Origin: Lepidodermella squamata
Taxonomy: Eukaryota > Animalia > Gastrotricha
DNA: 64,000 bases
Direction of reading: 5' to 3'
Assembly (NCBI GenBank): GCA_047495785.1
Contig: JBLDXI010000024.1
Location: 4,030,001 to 4,094,000, forward strand
In this document: positions 48,037-59,146 of the stretch, in pieces
Layout of the letters: each line of letters begins with the position of its first letter
Numbering within the stretch: the stretch's first letter is position 1
Made by a program: the position numbers and the translations under genes
The notes under the pieces: model-generated
Told to the model about the DNA's origin: nothing
Databases searched by the model: none
What the model saw: only the letters and a program-made list of their open reading frames with translations

Positions 48037-49716
48037 ATGCCCGCAAAGACCCGCTATGGGAAAGCGCCTCCCTCGCCTGTCGTGTCGCCTCCTCCTTACT
48101 CTGCAGCGACAAGAGGCAGTGGACGTGGCCGTGGCCGCGGAGGTCGTGGTGGCGCCCGTAACAGCCGGAAACAGCCTGACTTCTCGTCGCCGACGTCGCC
48201 GGCCGACACTGCTGTGCCCTGGGGATCGCCGTCACCCGTTCGCACCGGCAAGCGGCAGCCCTCGCCCGCCCCGCGGAATCGGACGCCGCAGAGGCCGCCG
48301 CCGCCTTCCAGCGCACCTGTCTCCGACTTCGAGAGGCTACTGGCGTTCGCCGATGTTGCCACGCTGGAACGGTTCCTCGAGGACGAATTCGCCGTCATCG
48401 CCGGCATGCCGTCAGGTCCCAATCGCGCCGTCCGGGAAGCGCGTCATCACCGCATTCTCGATCTGCACGAACGGCGCGTGGATGAGGAACGCGACCGCGC
48501 TCTGCAAGACCGCCTGGTTGCCATCGCCCCGGCTGCAACCGCCTACCGCCTCGATCCGACGGCCCCAAGCCGCCCGACGGTCCCACCACCACCGCCGCCG
48601 TCAGTCACGTTTTCGTCGGCGCCTGTGAACATCGAACCGGCCGCAATTCAGCCTCGTCCGGGTCCAACTACGGCACCGCCTCCTGCTGCTACCTCGAACC
48701 TCAAATTGGCTCGATTGCAGCCCACGTCCGCCAGCCTCACCTCGACGGTCCTCTCGGCTCCAACCAAGTTGAAGGACCTAGTGGAAAAACAGGGCGCCAA
48801 GGAGCCGCTCCTTACCTTCGCCGCCCGCTGCAAGGCCACTCTCGCCACGGTCGAGCTGCCCGACATTTCGGCCCTCACGAACCTGCTGCATGGCTTGTTC
48901 AACGACACGTGCAAGGCCGCGCTCAGCAGCATGCTGGCAGCAGGCATCAGAATCGATTCGCTGGACCGGCTTTTCGACGAGTTGGCCCTCCGCGTGCCTA
49001 GCACGGCGGTCGACGAAGAGCCCAAGCAGCAAGCTGGCGAAGCCGTTGTAGTTTTCGGTGACCAGTGCCGACGTCACGTGCGGCACCACTACCCTGGTCT
49101 ACCTGACGCCGCCTCGGACAAGCTGGCAGCGCGCCTTTTCCTGGCTGGCCTACGCCCTGGCGAGCTCAAGCGCCATGTTACCCTGCGCGACGAGGAAGCC
49201 CGAGCCTTGCGCGGCGAATCGGCCCCGTTGGCTGTGCTCCTCGCTCACGCTTCGACCTTCGAACGGGCGGAGCTCCGTGTCGCCCCAGAGGACAAGGCCG
49301 CCAAGCAGAAGCCCGCGGCAATCACCATCGCCAGCGTTGCGACCTCCGAGCCCGCGCCGAAGCCTCCGCCTCCTCGGCAAGACCGACCGCCGCAACAGGC
49401 CCGCCGACAACAGTTTCAGCGGCCTCCGCCTCAACGGCCACAGCAACAGCAGCAACCGCCGCAACAACCGCCTTTCCAGCAGCGGCAGCAACAGCCGTTC
49501 AACCCGCCGCCCTCTCGGCCGAACGATTCGCGCCGACCATTTCGCCGCGATCCATGGCCGGAGGCTATTGACCAGTTGGCGTTCTACCACCAGCTGGGTG
49601 TCTGTTGGAGGTGCGGCGCGGCCGATCACTCCTTCCGCGACCTGGGCTGCCCGCAGATGTCGGCGCAGCTCCGAGCCGCCGCCCAGGCGCCCGTTCAGAG
49701 CAATCAGTCAAACTGA
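48037..49716 (+). CDS. gag: Gypsy gag
   Basis: ATG just after the PBS; FLAGLRP capsid-like motif; knuckle CWRCGAADHSFRDLGC. Confidence 0.85.
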   Translation: MPAKTRYGKAPPSPVVSPPPYSAATRGSGRGRGRGGRGGARNSRKQPDFSSPTSPADTAVPWGSPSPVRTGKRQPSPAPRNRTPQRPPPPSSAPVSDFERLLAFADVATLERFLEDEFAVIAGMPSGPNRAVREARHHRILDLHERRVDEERDRALQDRLVAIAPAATAYRLDPTAPSRPTVPPPPPPSVTFSSAPVNIEPAAIQPRPGPTTAPPPAATSNLKLARLQPTSASLTSTVLSAPTKLKDLVEKQGAKEPLLTFAARCKATLATVELPDISALTNLLHGLFNDTCKAALSSMLAAGIRIDSLDRLFDELALRVPSTAVDEEPKQQAGEAVVVFGDQCRRHVRHHYPGLPDAASDKLAARLFLAGLRPGELKRHVTLRDEEARALRGESAPLAVLLAHASTFERAELRVAPEDKAAKQKPAAITIASVATSEPAPKPPPPRQDRPPQQARRQQFQRPPPQRPQQQQQPPQQPPFQQRQQQPFNPPPSRPNDSRRPFRRDPWPEAIDQLAFYHQLGVCWRCGAADHSFRDLGCPQMSAQLRAAAQAPVQSNQSN

Positions 49717-52700
49717 CAGGGCAGACGGGCCAGGTGGCCGCCCGTTCTTGCCCTCCCGACGCCGCCTTAGCCACCCTGTCCGCCGCCGTTGATGCCCTGT
49801 GCGACTTCCCCCTTGCTGGAACCCCCGTTACCGGTCTTGTTGACACAGGTGCTAATGCCACTATTGTTTCCGCCGCGCTCTGCCGTTTCCTGGCGCTGCC
49901 CATCATCCCGTTGCCCACGCCTGTCACTATGAGAACCGCCGATGGTCAGATCGTCGACTCGCGCACGGTCCTCGGCACCGCCCAGCTGCCCTTCTCGTCA
50001 GCGTTCGGACCTCACCAGGCCATTGTGTTGGCCAGCCCTAGTCACGACCTCATCGTCGGCTTGGATTGGTTGCGTCGACACCAAGCTGTGGTCGATCTGC
50101 GACAACTCCGCCTCCGTGGCCTCGACTGGCACTTGCCGATCCACCTCTCGCCGCCGGCCGGGCCTCGCTGGGCCTCGGTTTCCGTCGATGGCCGGCCATT
50201 CTACGACGCCCAGGTCTTGGTCAACGGTCGCATGACTACGGCTCGCGTCAGCACCAGCTCGCCTACCTCGATCGCTACGCCGGCTTGCATGTCGATGTTG
50301 GGTGCAAATTGGGCTCCCTTCGCCCCCGGCTCGCTTCCGCGCCTGCCTTCGTCGGCTGGTCGTGTGGTCCCGCTTGGCCTCGGCTTCCTTCGCTTGCACA
50401 CCTCGACCCATGCGACCGATCTGCCCGTCTTGGTCGTGAGTGGCGACGAGCACCGCCTAGTCCTCGGTGGCTCTCTGCTGTTCGCAAATCGTGCCGAGTT
50501 CAACCTCGCCGCTGGCTCGTTCTCGTTCGCCCCGCCGTCCGCGCCCGATGCGCTCCCCGCCGACGTCGAGGACCTTATCTCGCGCTCTGTGTCTGGCCTC
50601 GGTGACGATGATGCCGCCGACATGCGTGCCTTACTGGTCGAGTTCGCGCCAGTGTTCAGCGACCGCTCGATGGGTATCCAGCTGAAACAGCCGCTCCTCA
50701 TCGAGACCACGGCTACGCGTCCGATCAGTGTGCCTCGCCGCTACATGGGGCCTCACAAGAAGGCCGAGCTTCGCAAGCACTTGCGCTTCCTCCGCGAACG
50801 CGGCCTGATCGAGGTCGGCAACTCACCGAACGCTTGCTGCCCCGTCATCGTGCCTAAGCCCTCGGCGGCCGAACCGAACGGCACCCGCTTCACGGTCGAC
50901 TTCCGACCCCGGAACAAGTTCCTACCCGACCGGTATCACGTCCCGCCGCTCTGGGAGGATGTGACGGAGCGACTTCACGGTGCTAAGTTCTTCTGCCGCC
51001 TTGATCTTCGCCAGGCGTTTCACCAGCTGCCGTTGGCGGAGGAGTGCCGCGACCTGACGACGTTCTACGGCGCCGATGGCGAGAAGTGGCGCTACGCCGT
51101 GCTACCCATGGGCCTGTCGGTCAGTCCTGCCCTGTTGCAGTCCGCGATGCAGAACGAGATCCTGGCTGGTCTTCTGGACCTCTGCATCGTGTACCAGGAT
51201 GACTGCCTGGTCTACGCCGACAGCGTCCCAGAGCTACTTCGCCGCCTCCGCCTGGTCTTCGAGCGCTTCCGAGACTTTCGCGTCAGCGTTTCCGCCGCCA
51301 AGTGCGAGCTCGCTCGCCCAGAATTAAAGTTCCTTGGCCGTCGCCTTTCCGCCTCTGGCGTGTCTCCGGACCCCGATCGCACCCGCGACATCGCGCTCTT
51401 TCCTCGCCCTACCTGCCGCCGGGATGTTCGCTCGTTCCTGGGCACCTGCAATTTTCTACGCGCACATCTGCCTGACTTCGCGACGCTAGCCGCGCCCTTG
51501 TCCGCACTCACCTCGAACGCCGTGCCGTTTGCCTGGTCGGACGACTGCGAAAAGTCGTTCCTCGCCTTGAAGGCCGCCTTCCAGCAGCCGGGCATCCTGG
51601 TCTACCCGGACTTCTCCCGAGCGTTCAAGGTGATGTGTGACGCCTCGGACGTCGGCCTCGGTTGCCTGCTTATGCAAACTGGTGATGACGGTCTCGACCG
51701 GCTGGTTGCTGCGCACAGTCGCCTGCTTTCGCCCGCCGAGCGGAAGTACCCAGCCCTCGAGAAGGAGTGTCTTGCGATCGTGTTCTCGTGTGAACGTTTC
51801 CGCGAATACCTGCTTGGCACCAGGTTCGTCCTCGAAACCGATCACAAGGCGCTCCTGTGGCTTCAAACCCTCCGTGATCCCAGCAAGCGTGTCTGGCGTT
51901 GGTTGGAGATGCTCGGTGACTACCAGTTCGACCTGGTCCACCGTCCGGGTCGCCTCAATCTCGCTGACGGTCTTTCACGGCCATCCGTTGAGCCGGACGA
52001 TGTTGGCTATACTTCCGACGACAGCACCCTGCCCGACGCGACCTGCGCCGCCTCGCTGTCGGTGGCCGACTCGTTCCGCCTCGACCCCGCTGCACTCCGC
52101 GCCGCTCAGTTGGCCGACCCCGATCTCGGCCCCGTACTACGGCATCTGGACCTCGGCGAGCCTCTGCCTCGGCCACTCTCGGCCGGTTCGGCCCGGCTGT
52201 TACAGCTGCAGGACACGGTCTCGAAGGACGACGCCGGCGTCTTCTACATGTCGGTATCGGACCGCTTGTTCCCGCGGCTGTGCCTCATCCTGCCCGCCGT
52301 CTACGTGCCAGAAGTCATCAGAACAGCCCACGACGCGCCGATGTCTGGTCACCTGGGTCGCCGCAAGACCCTCGAGCGCATCCGCGATTACTGTTGGTTC
52401 CCAGGGTGTTACAGCGCCGTCCGGAAGTTCTGCCGCGATTGTGCCACGTGCGCCGCCCGAAAAGCCACGAATCAGTCCACGACAGTGCCGCTAGTACCGC
52501 TTCGCCACGCCGACGAGCCGTTCGCTTTGGTCGCTATGGATGTGGTTGGGCCTATTCAGCCGGCCAGCAGCCAGGGTCATCGATGGGTGCTGACGTTCTA
52601 CGACGCTTTCTCCAAGTTGTTGGTCGCCTACCCGCTGAGGTCAACGAAAGCGCCCTCAATCGTCGCGTGCCTTGAGCGGTTCATCGCGGATTTCGACCTA

Positions 52701-55311
52701 CCCGAGACGCTCCTCACCGACCGTGGCACCAACGTGGACTCGCTCGCTGTCCGGATGTTCTGCGAAAGCCTCGGCATTCGGAAGATACGGACGAGCCGTT
52801 TCAACCCCCGTGGCAATAGCCTGGTCGAACGGAGCCACCGGGTGCTGGCGGACATCATCGCAACCGGCCTCGATCCTAGTCAACCGCGAGCCTGGCATCA
52901 GCAGCTGGTACGGGCCCTGCGCGCCTACAAGACCGCGGTGCATGAAGCCACTGGCGTAACTCCCCACGAGGTCGTCTTCGGCTACCCAGCCCGCACGGCG
53001 ATCAAGCTCTTAGCCGGCCCGGCCACTGGTCCACTTGACCGTCCCGATGGTCCACCAGCGCAACGCGTTGTGCCCCGCCGGTCTCGACTCGACGCCCTCT
53101 GGCAGCACGCATCCGCCAACCTGGACAAGGCACAACAGCACCGCCGCCTCGTCAACGACCGGCACGCCAACTCGCGCCGTTTCTCAGTCGGCGACCACGT
53201 CGGCGTCCGCCTCGAGGACCACGAACGCCAGGGCAAGTTCGCGCCCCGCTACCGAGGCCCGTTCGTCGTCACCATAGACAATGATGTAACAGATCGGACA
53301 CTCACGCACTTGCCTGTTGTCGTTAAACCATAAATTTTCACACTAATTTAAATGCATTGATTTAAAAGGTGGAAAAAGATGTACATCTCCAATTTTTTTT
53401 AAATTTTCATAGAAAGAATCTCCGTCTTTCAAGGATTCCAAAGATCAAAGGCTCATCGCGCGATTCGATGCCGTTGATTTTTAAATTGAAAAACAAAAAT
53501 GTGCATTGAAATTTAGTTGTTGAGTCCTTTCAATTCATTTTTTTCGCGTGGCCACATGTTTCTTTCCTCTTAAAACACAAACACAGATGGCGCCATTTTG
53601 TACTTTTTTATTATTACACATTTTCGAGCATGAAAAGCGAGAAAGCGAGTCAAAAATTTAATTAAATTAAATATTTCCAGGGTGGCTACATGTTCTGATT
53701 TTGAGCTGCTTTCCGTATTTTCATCGGCTGTTTCGTATCGAATTGGCGCATTCGAATTGGTGCTAGGAGTGTACCAGATTTTCTCGAATGATTGATCGCC
53801 GAGTTTTAATTATCGAAACGATAGGTCACCAATGATGGGCGAGTCAGACTAAAATGAAAAGAAATTACCAGCATTTTCTCCAAACCTTATTTTTCTTACC
53901 ATATCGTGCCATCGTGGGTTCGAAAGCTGAAGCATTCAACTACGCGACATGGTGTTACAAGACTCGAGTCGCAGCGAATAGATAGAGCCCGAGCATTTCT
54001 TCCCCGATAAGGGGCAGCGAAGCTTCATTTTGCATGCCTTTCTGAAGCAATTAATTCTTGGAATTCAACTTCATCTCTGCTTTGCAAACTTTAAAAAGAA
54101 AATGAACATCATCAAACAAAATTCAATGTAAAAAGGCAGTTGTTTACAGGGTGCACGAAAAATTTCGATATAATTTTCTAATGAATTTCGTAATAATTTC
54201 TGAATTAGATCTCCGAGTTTTTTTTAATAAAAATCCTTATAAATTTATTTTAAAATGGCTCCGGAATTTATATTAATTTGAAATAATTCAAAATATTTTC
54301 GACCATAAAATAAATATTCGTATCTAAAAATTATGAAAATTATGCACGGTAAAAAATGCTACAGTCATTATTAGGCTGGAAATATTAGGCGAACTTCTCA
54401 GGTTTTAAAGCTTTGAAAATGTCGAAAACTTACAGCCAAAAATATGAAATGTCACTGGTTTTTAAATTAAGGAGGATTCAAACTGTATAGTTGTCAGGTG
54501 GGATTTCTAAAGAAAGATTTCAAACAGAAACCGATGATTATTTAAAAAATGTCCCCTGAGCTCTCGTGGCTCGTGCTAAAGGGTTGAATTTCAAGTGTGT
54601 TGTTGATTCCCATTTGCATTAAAATTTCTCACCACAACTTGTTTTTTCTTCGAGTGAATAATGAGTCATGATTACGCAACACAGTTTTGCATGGTGCTAA
54701 TAATCGATTTTTCGATATTGATTTTCTCGACAACGAAGCCGAATCGCGCGACGGGGTTCGGTTTATTATGGCCGTAAAAAAATGCCCGATTTTCTGATAT
54801 TTTTTTCAAGAATTTATGAGATGTACATATTTTCGGCCGGATTTATAATGGCCGATCCACGGTACAAAGTTCATAATTAAATTTCAATGCGAAGTGTGTG
54901 AGTGTCCGATCTGTAACATTATTGTCTATGGTCGTCACCGCCGTCGACGAGGCCAACAACGACTACCGGTTGGCATCGGTCGAAGACCCGACCACAACGC
55001 TCCCCTGGACGAACCGGCGCAAGCTGGTCGCGTTTCCCGCCTCGGCGGTCGCGAAACCGCTCCCGCCCTTGGCCTCAGAGGCCCCGTCGGACGTGGCGCT
55101 CCCGACGCGTATCCAAGCGCCCTCACCGGTAATGGCCCTCCCGGTGGGCGATAACGGGCCTCCGACCGTCGTCCGGCCTCTCGTGGAGGGGGAAGGAACA
55201 GCAAAGCTGCGCCCGCTCGCCGCCCTGAGACCGCCCGACCGCCTTAACCTCGCCGTCCTCCTGCGCCTCGCCTACCTTGCCGTCGAGGTCGCAAAGCGAC
55301 TCAAGCGCTGA
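49714..55311 (+). CDS. pol: Gypsy pol (protease, pseudo-protease, RT, RNase H, integrase) in the -1 frame relative to gag; interrupted at 53273-54930
   Basis: VDTGA, LDLRQAFHQ, YQDD, CDASDVGLG, ALEKECLA, HHCC zinc finger, D..D..E, GPF; removing the insertion restores GPFVVT-AVDEANN... in frame to the stop at 55311. Confidence 0.93.
53273..54930. mobile_element. Non-autonomous TIR DNA transposon (1,658 bp; P-element- or hAT-like) nested in the Gypsy integrase C-terminus
   Basis: About 40-bp imperfect TIR CATAGACAATGATGTAACAGATCGGACACTCAC; 8-bp TSD GTCGTCAC (53265-53272, 54931-54938); subterminal inverted gatgtacatctc; AT-rich, no ORF. Confidence 0.93.
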
Positions 55312-55853
55312 GGTCTGCACGAAAACTCTCGACATCGATCGGTCCTTCGATCCGCTCCGCCTTGGCGCCGTCTGGCGTCGTTCGCCCGACGGGCGACGGG
55401 TAACGTCTTCATTCTCGTTTGTTGTCCTGCCGTACTACTGTCGTTGTACCGTCCTGACTATCCGGAAACTTAACAGCGCTGTATAAATATTGTAATTTTT
55501 GTACCTGTCCTTTAATTTCTATATGTCGCTTACCTGTAAATCCGCTGAACCACTGTTTTATTGTAAAATTCCCGCGTGGCAAACCGATGACGCCTGTAAA
55601 ATAATGATAGTACTTTAATTCAATCCGATTTAATTTTCCAACAGTTTTTACACTTTCAAACGTTGTTCTTGTTTTTTTTTTCCGCCTTGTTGTGATACTC
55701 TACGATTTCAAAACTTTTACCGAATGCCTCTGTGTCATAATGTAAATCTTTTGTATCAAACGTCATATTGTATATTTATGCATACCGGGTTCCGTCTCAA
55801 TCTATTGATTATGTATTATAACAATTTTTTTTTGTACGCTTCCGCTTCATTTC

Positions 55854-55865
55854 AGTGGGGGAGAG
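55854..55865 (+). promoter_or_regulatory. Polypurine tract
   Basis: AGTGGGGGAGAG immediately before the 3' LTR. Confidence 0.8.
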
Positions 55866-56452
55866 TGTGGCGGTGATGCCACCTGCGCCGTGACACGCGC
55901 CCTTGCGGCACGCGTCCGCTTCTCCCGCCACGGCGCCCACGGGCCCACCTAAGCACGCTCCTATCATTCATCAATCTGTCATTTCATATTTCATTCATAT
56001 TTCATTACGCTTTACCGGTGCCTCCGCAGGGTCCTCTCACCCTATCGTCCGCCTCTGCTAACTCAGCCGTCAGCCGATTCCACCGTTAATCCGAATTACT
56101 ACTGTTACCTAGAACATATTTTATCTATTTTTACTCATCACATCGGTACGTTGTATCGCGATCCGCGATATCCACTCCGCCTGCCTACTCCGCGTGATCG
56201 GTAATTTATTGTTACGGCCTGAATAACCTCAGTTTCATATCGCCTTCATTTCAACAGCTTTGCTTACGTGCCGTTTGTCTGCTTCTCCTCCCGGCTGACT
56301 GCTTCGCTTTATCTCGAACCCGGTATGCCACCTCGCCCTACCTTTATACACTTTTTCCTTACACTGTGCTTGTATACAGGGCCTTGATTTTACCTGAATA
56401 AAAGACCTGATTGCCAACAACCAGTTGTGCTCCTATTGGTCTCACTGTTACA
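55866..56452 (+). repeat. 3' LTR
   Basis: 587 bp, matches the 5' LTR. Confidence 0.96.
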
Positions 56453-57138
56453 GTGTCTTTGCGAATTTGGCACAAGAAAATATCTGAAAGATCTCTCTAG
56501 AAAATTATGCATCTCTGACCTCGGACTTAACTAAACTGACCAAACTGAACTTATCGCAAACATCACACATTTTAGTACGATATTACTCGGAAATTGAAAA
56601 TGTCTAATCATTTTGAAGCTGAATGCTCAGTCTGAAGCCCGAAGACGCTGGTAAGCTTATTCAATGATAGCGCCAATTACAGCGCTTCAATGTGTCGATT
56701 CGACGTTATCAATCACCCGCTCATTGTTTCTTGCTGAAAAAGCTAATTGGTTTCAATTGATATGAAACACACTGTGACAACCTTCAGTCAGTTTTGGCAA
56801 TTTACATATTGTCCGTATATTTGAATACACATGATTAAACTGAATGAAGTGACATGTTCTCCGGGGATCAATGAAGTGCCAATAAAATGCTACCGTACAG
56901 TATCAACAAATAATAATGTTACTTTTTGTAGCGAACCTGAGCAAATAGCTCATTTAATATCAATCCGTTACCACGTTTGCTGAAAGCTTCCGACTATAGT
57001 TGATTGCCAATGCAATAAAATCGTGTAAGCACTGGGAATCAGGTTGAATCGATTCGCGACTCCCAAATGATTTGTACAAGTATTGAATCAAAAGCTACAT
57101 TTCATTTGAATGATCTGTGACTACCGCGCAAGCCCACA

Positions 57139-58335
57139 ATGCAGGTTATATCTCTACTCATCCTCGGAATGAATTCGCTAGCTCTCGGAGAAAACGATTC
57201 ATCATCGGCAGAAGATTTTACTCCCTTGTTGTTCAAAGACTGCAAACTGCCAACCAGTGCGATTGTTCCTAATTTGGCTAATCCAGAAAAACCAGTTTCT
57301 GCTGAAACAACGGTGTCACTTGACACTCTAGTCGAAATTCACGAAGTTGACGAAGTTATAGAGTTAACAGGGAGTCTTTTCGCCACCTTCTACCTTGAAT
57401 GTTTGACAAAGGCAGCCGTGAAATACAACGAAACATACAGTATTCCGACTTACGGCGTAATTACCAACACCAATGACTATTGGCGACCACCAGTCACGTT
57501 CATGAACAGTCGCAATGATTACGGGCTTTCACAGAGCCTCTATCCAGCAGCTTTAATTTATCCGTTTCTTGGCATTCTGGTATATACCTATAGCGGATAT
57601 TTCACACCAAGATGTCTCATGAAATTCGAACTGTACGTTCCAATTGCAAAGTTACCCAACTTAGAATCTGAAGCTTATCCTTTTTTCCTTAGATTTCCAT
57701 TCGATAGCCAAACCTGTGAAGTCAATCTAGCACTATGGCTACCTCCCAGCGTAGTGAACTTCAAGAGGCACACCCATGGTTACATAAATGGACCGAGTAG
57801 ATTCATTTCGCCGAATTTAGGCTGGACGCTTGTGAATACATCAAGCGAATTCAATTACCGTCGAGCAGTCGGAGTTGGCTACCAAAGGCTAACCACATCT
57901 TTCACGATAAAACGACGGCCTGACTACTTCATTTTGAACATCATCATGCCTTGTTATTTCCTGACTGCTGCCCAATTCGTGACGTTCTTCATGCCTCCTG
58001 ATGCCCCGGAACGTGCGAGCTATGCTGTAACAATTCTGTTGAGTTTCACGGTCATCCAAGCCCAAGTTCAGTCAAACATTCCAAAAACTCCGGTGAACAT
58101 TTTGATTAACGACGTGATACAGGCTGAATCAATCTCAGCCCTGATTGTTACCTTTTACGCTGGTATCACTTGCGCGTGGTACCATTCTTCTCACAAAGGA
58201 ACTAAGCGAACACTTAAGATCCTTTCGAAAAAGATTCAGCTGTGCCGCCTTATCGATTTGATTTCTGGGCTGACCCTTGCAGCGATTTTGATCGTTATCA
58301 ACACAGCTGTTGGAATCTTAATTTACTCGAGTTGA
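57139..58335 (+). CDS. Cys-loop channel paralogue 2; intron 57633-57692
   Basis: Homologous to paralogue 1; after splicing the Cys-loop reads CLMKFELFPFDSQTC. Confidence 0.88.
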   Translation: MQVISLLILGMNSLALGENDSSSAEDFTPLLFKDCKLPTSAIVPNLANPEKPVSAETTVSLDTLVEIHEVDEVIELTGSLFATFYLECLTKAAVKYNETYSIPTYGVITNTNDYWRPPVTFMNSRNDYGLSQSLYPAALIYPFLGILVYTYSGYFTPRCLMKFELYVPIAKLPNLESEAYPFFLRFPFDSQTCEVNLALWLPPSVVNFKRHTHGYINGPSRFISPNLGWTLVNTSSEFNYRRAVGVGYQRLTTSFTIKRRPDYFILNIIMPCYFLTAAQFVTFFMPPDAPERASYAVTILLSFTVIQAQVQSNIPKTPVNILINDVIQAESISALIVTFYAGITCAWYHSSHKGTKRTLKILSKKIQLCRLIDLISGLTLAAILIVINTAVGILIYSS

Positions 58336-59146
58336 AATTAATGATATGTCGCTTTATAATCGCGTTATAATTGCTGTAAATGATGAAACCCAACCAAAAA
58401 GGTGTCAGCGTTTTTTAGAATACTCAAGAGTATTATTACGCGAACGCCCTGTATGAAATTGAAAGAATTTTACTGAAAGCCGATTTTTACAGTACTCGGA
58501 TAAAACTTGGAACAAAATTAAAATATTCCTTTTAAATAAAAATCGATCGAGTCGCAAACCTTTATCGAATGATTTGGATGTAGAAATTTTGATAAAAAAC
58601 TAGAAGCTGGCATAACTGATTGGTTGATTGGTTGATTGGTTGAAGGTGAACAAATACAATGAAGGAAAAAGCAAGGTATTGCATCTGCAGATATGGTACT
58701 TTATACTTTATACAATGAACAAATAAAAAACAGTGCTGCTTTGCAGCTTCGATTTGATTAGTGTAAACAAAGCACAGCAATAAGGAAGGCTTCTCGTCTC
58801 GTCTTGGGTCTTGAGTTGCAGCATCTATCAAGGCTCACAGCTATATACTTCAGTTCTCGGCGCTGTCGAAACCTTTCCGTAAAAGTTTGATACATTACTT
58901 GAGAGTGGCTATTAGCATGATCATTCAAGCGATAATAACACTCGACTGACGATTCGATTCAGTCTTCGATCTTCTCAATCTTTAAGATTAAATTTCGCCC
59001 GGTGAGACTTGATTTTACTTTTTTACCAACTACAGCATAGCGTCTGCAACATTTTACTTTTCAGCAAAGTCTCGGTTAATTTCAACCTGTCATCAATAAC
59101 TCATCGAGAAAACCTTCGAGGTGTTAGCGAATAGCACAATAGCGAA

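Larger units (their letters stand above)
47424..56452 (+). mobile_element. Ty3/Gypsy LTR retrotransposon, full-length, with a nested insertion
   Basis: 587-bp TG..CA LTRs, 5-bp TSD GTGTC (47419-47423, 56453-56457), PBS, PPT, gag and pol in PR-RT-RH-IN order. Confidence 0.97.

Noticed and set aside
47969-53277. Many overlapping alternative-frame and antisense ORFs in the Gypsy element
   Set aside because: Expected from very high GC content; no motifs
53272-54931. Alternative boundaries with a 6-bp TSD (TCGTCA)
   Set aside because: Formally equivalent, but an 8-bp TSD with CA..TG ends fits known superfamilies better
54898-55311. 137-aa ORF after pol as a possible env or extra gene
   Set aside because: It is the displaced integrase C-terminus, in frame with pol once the insertion is removed
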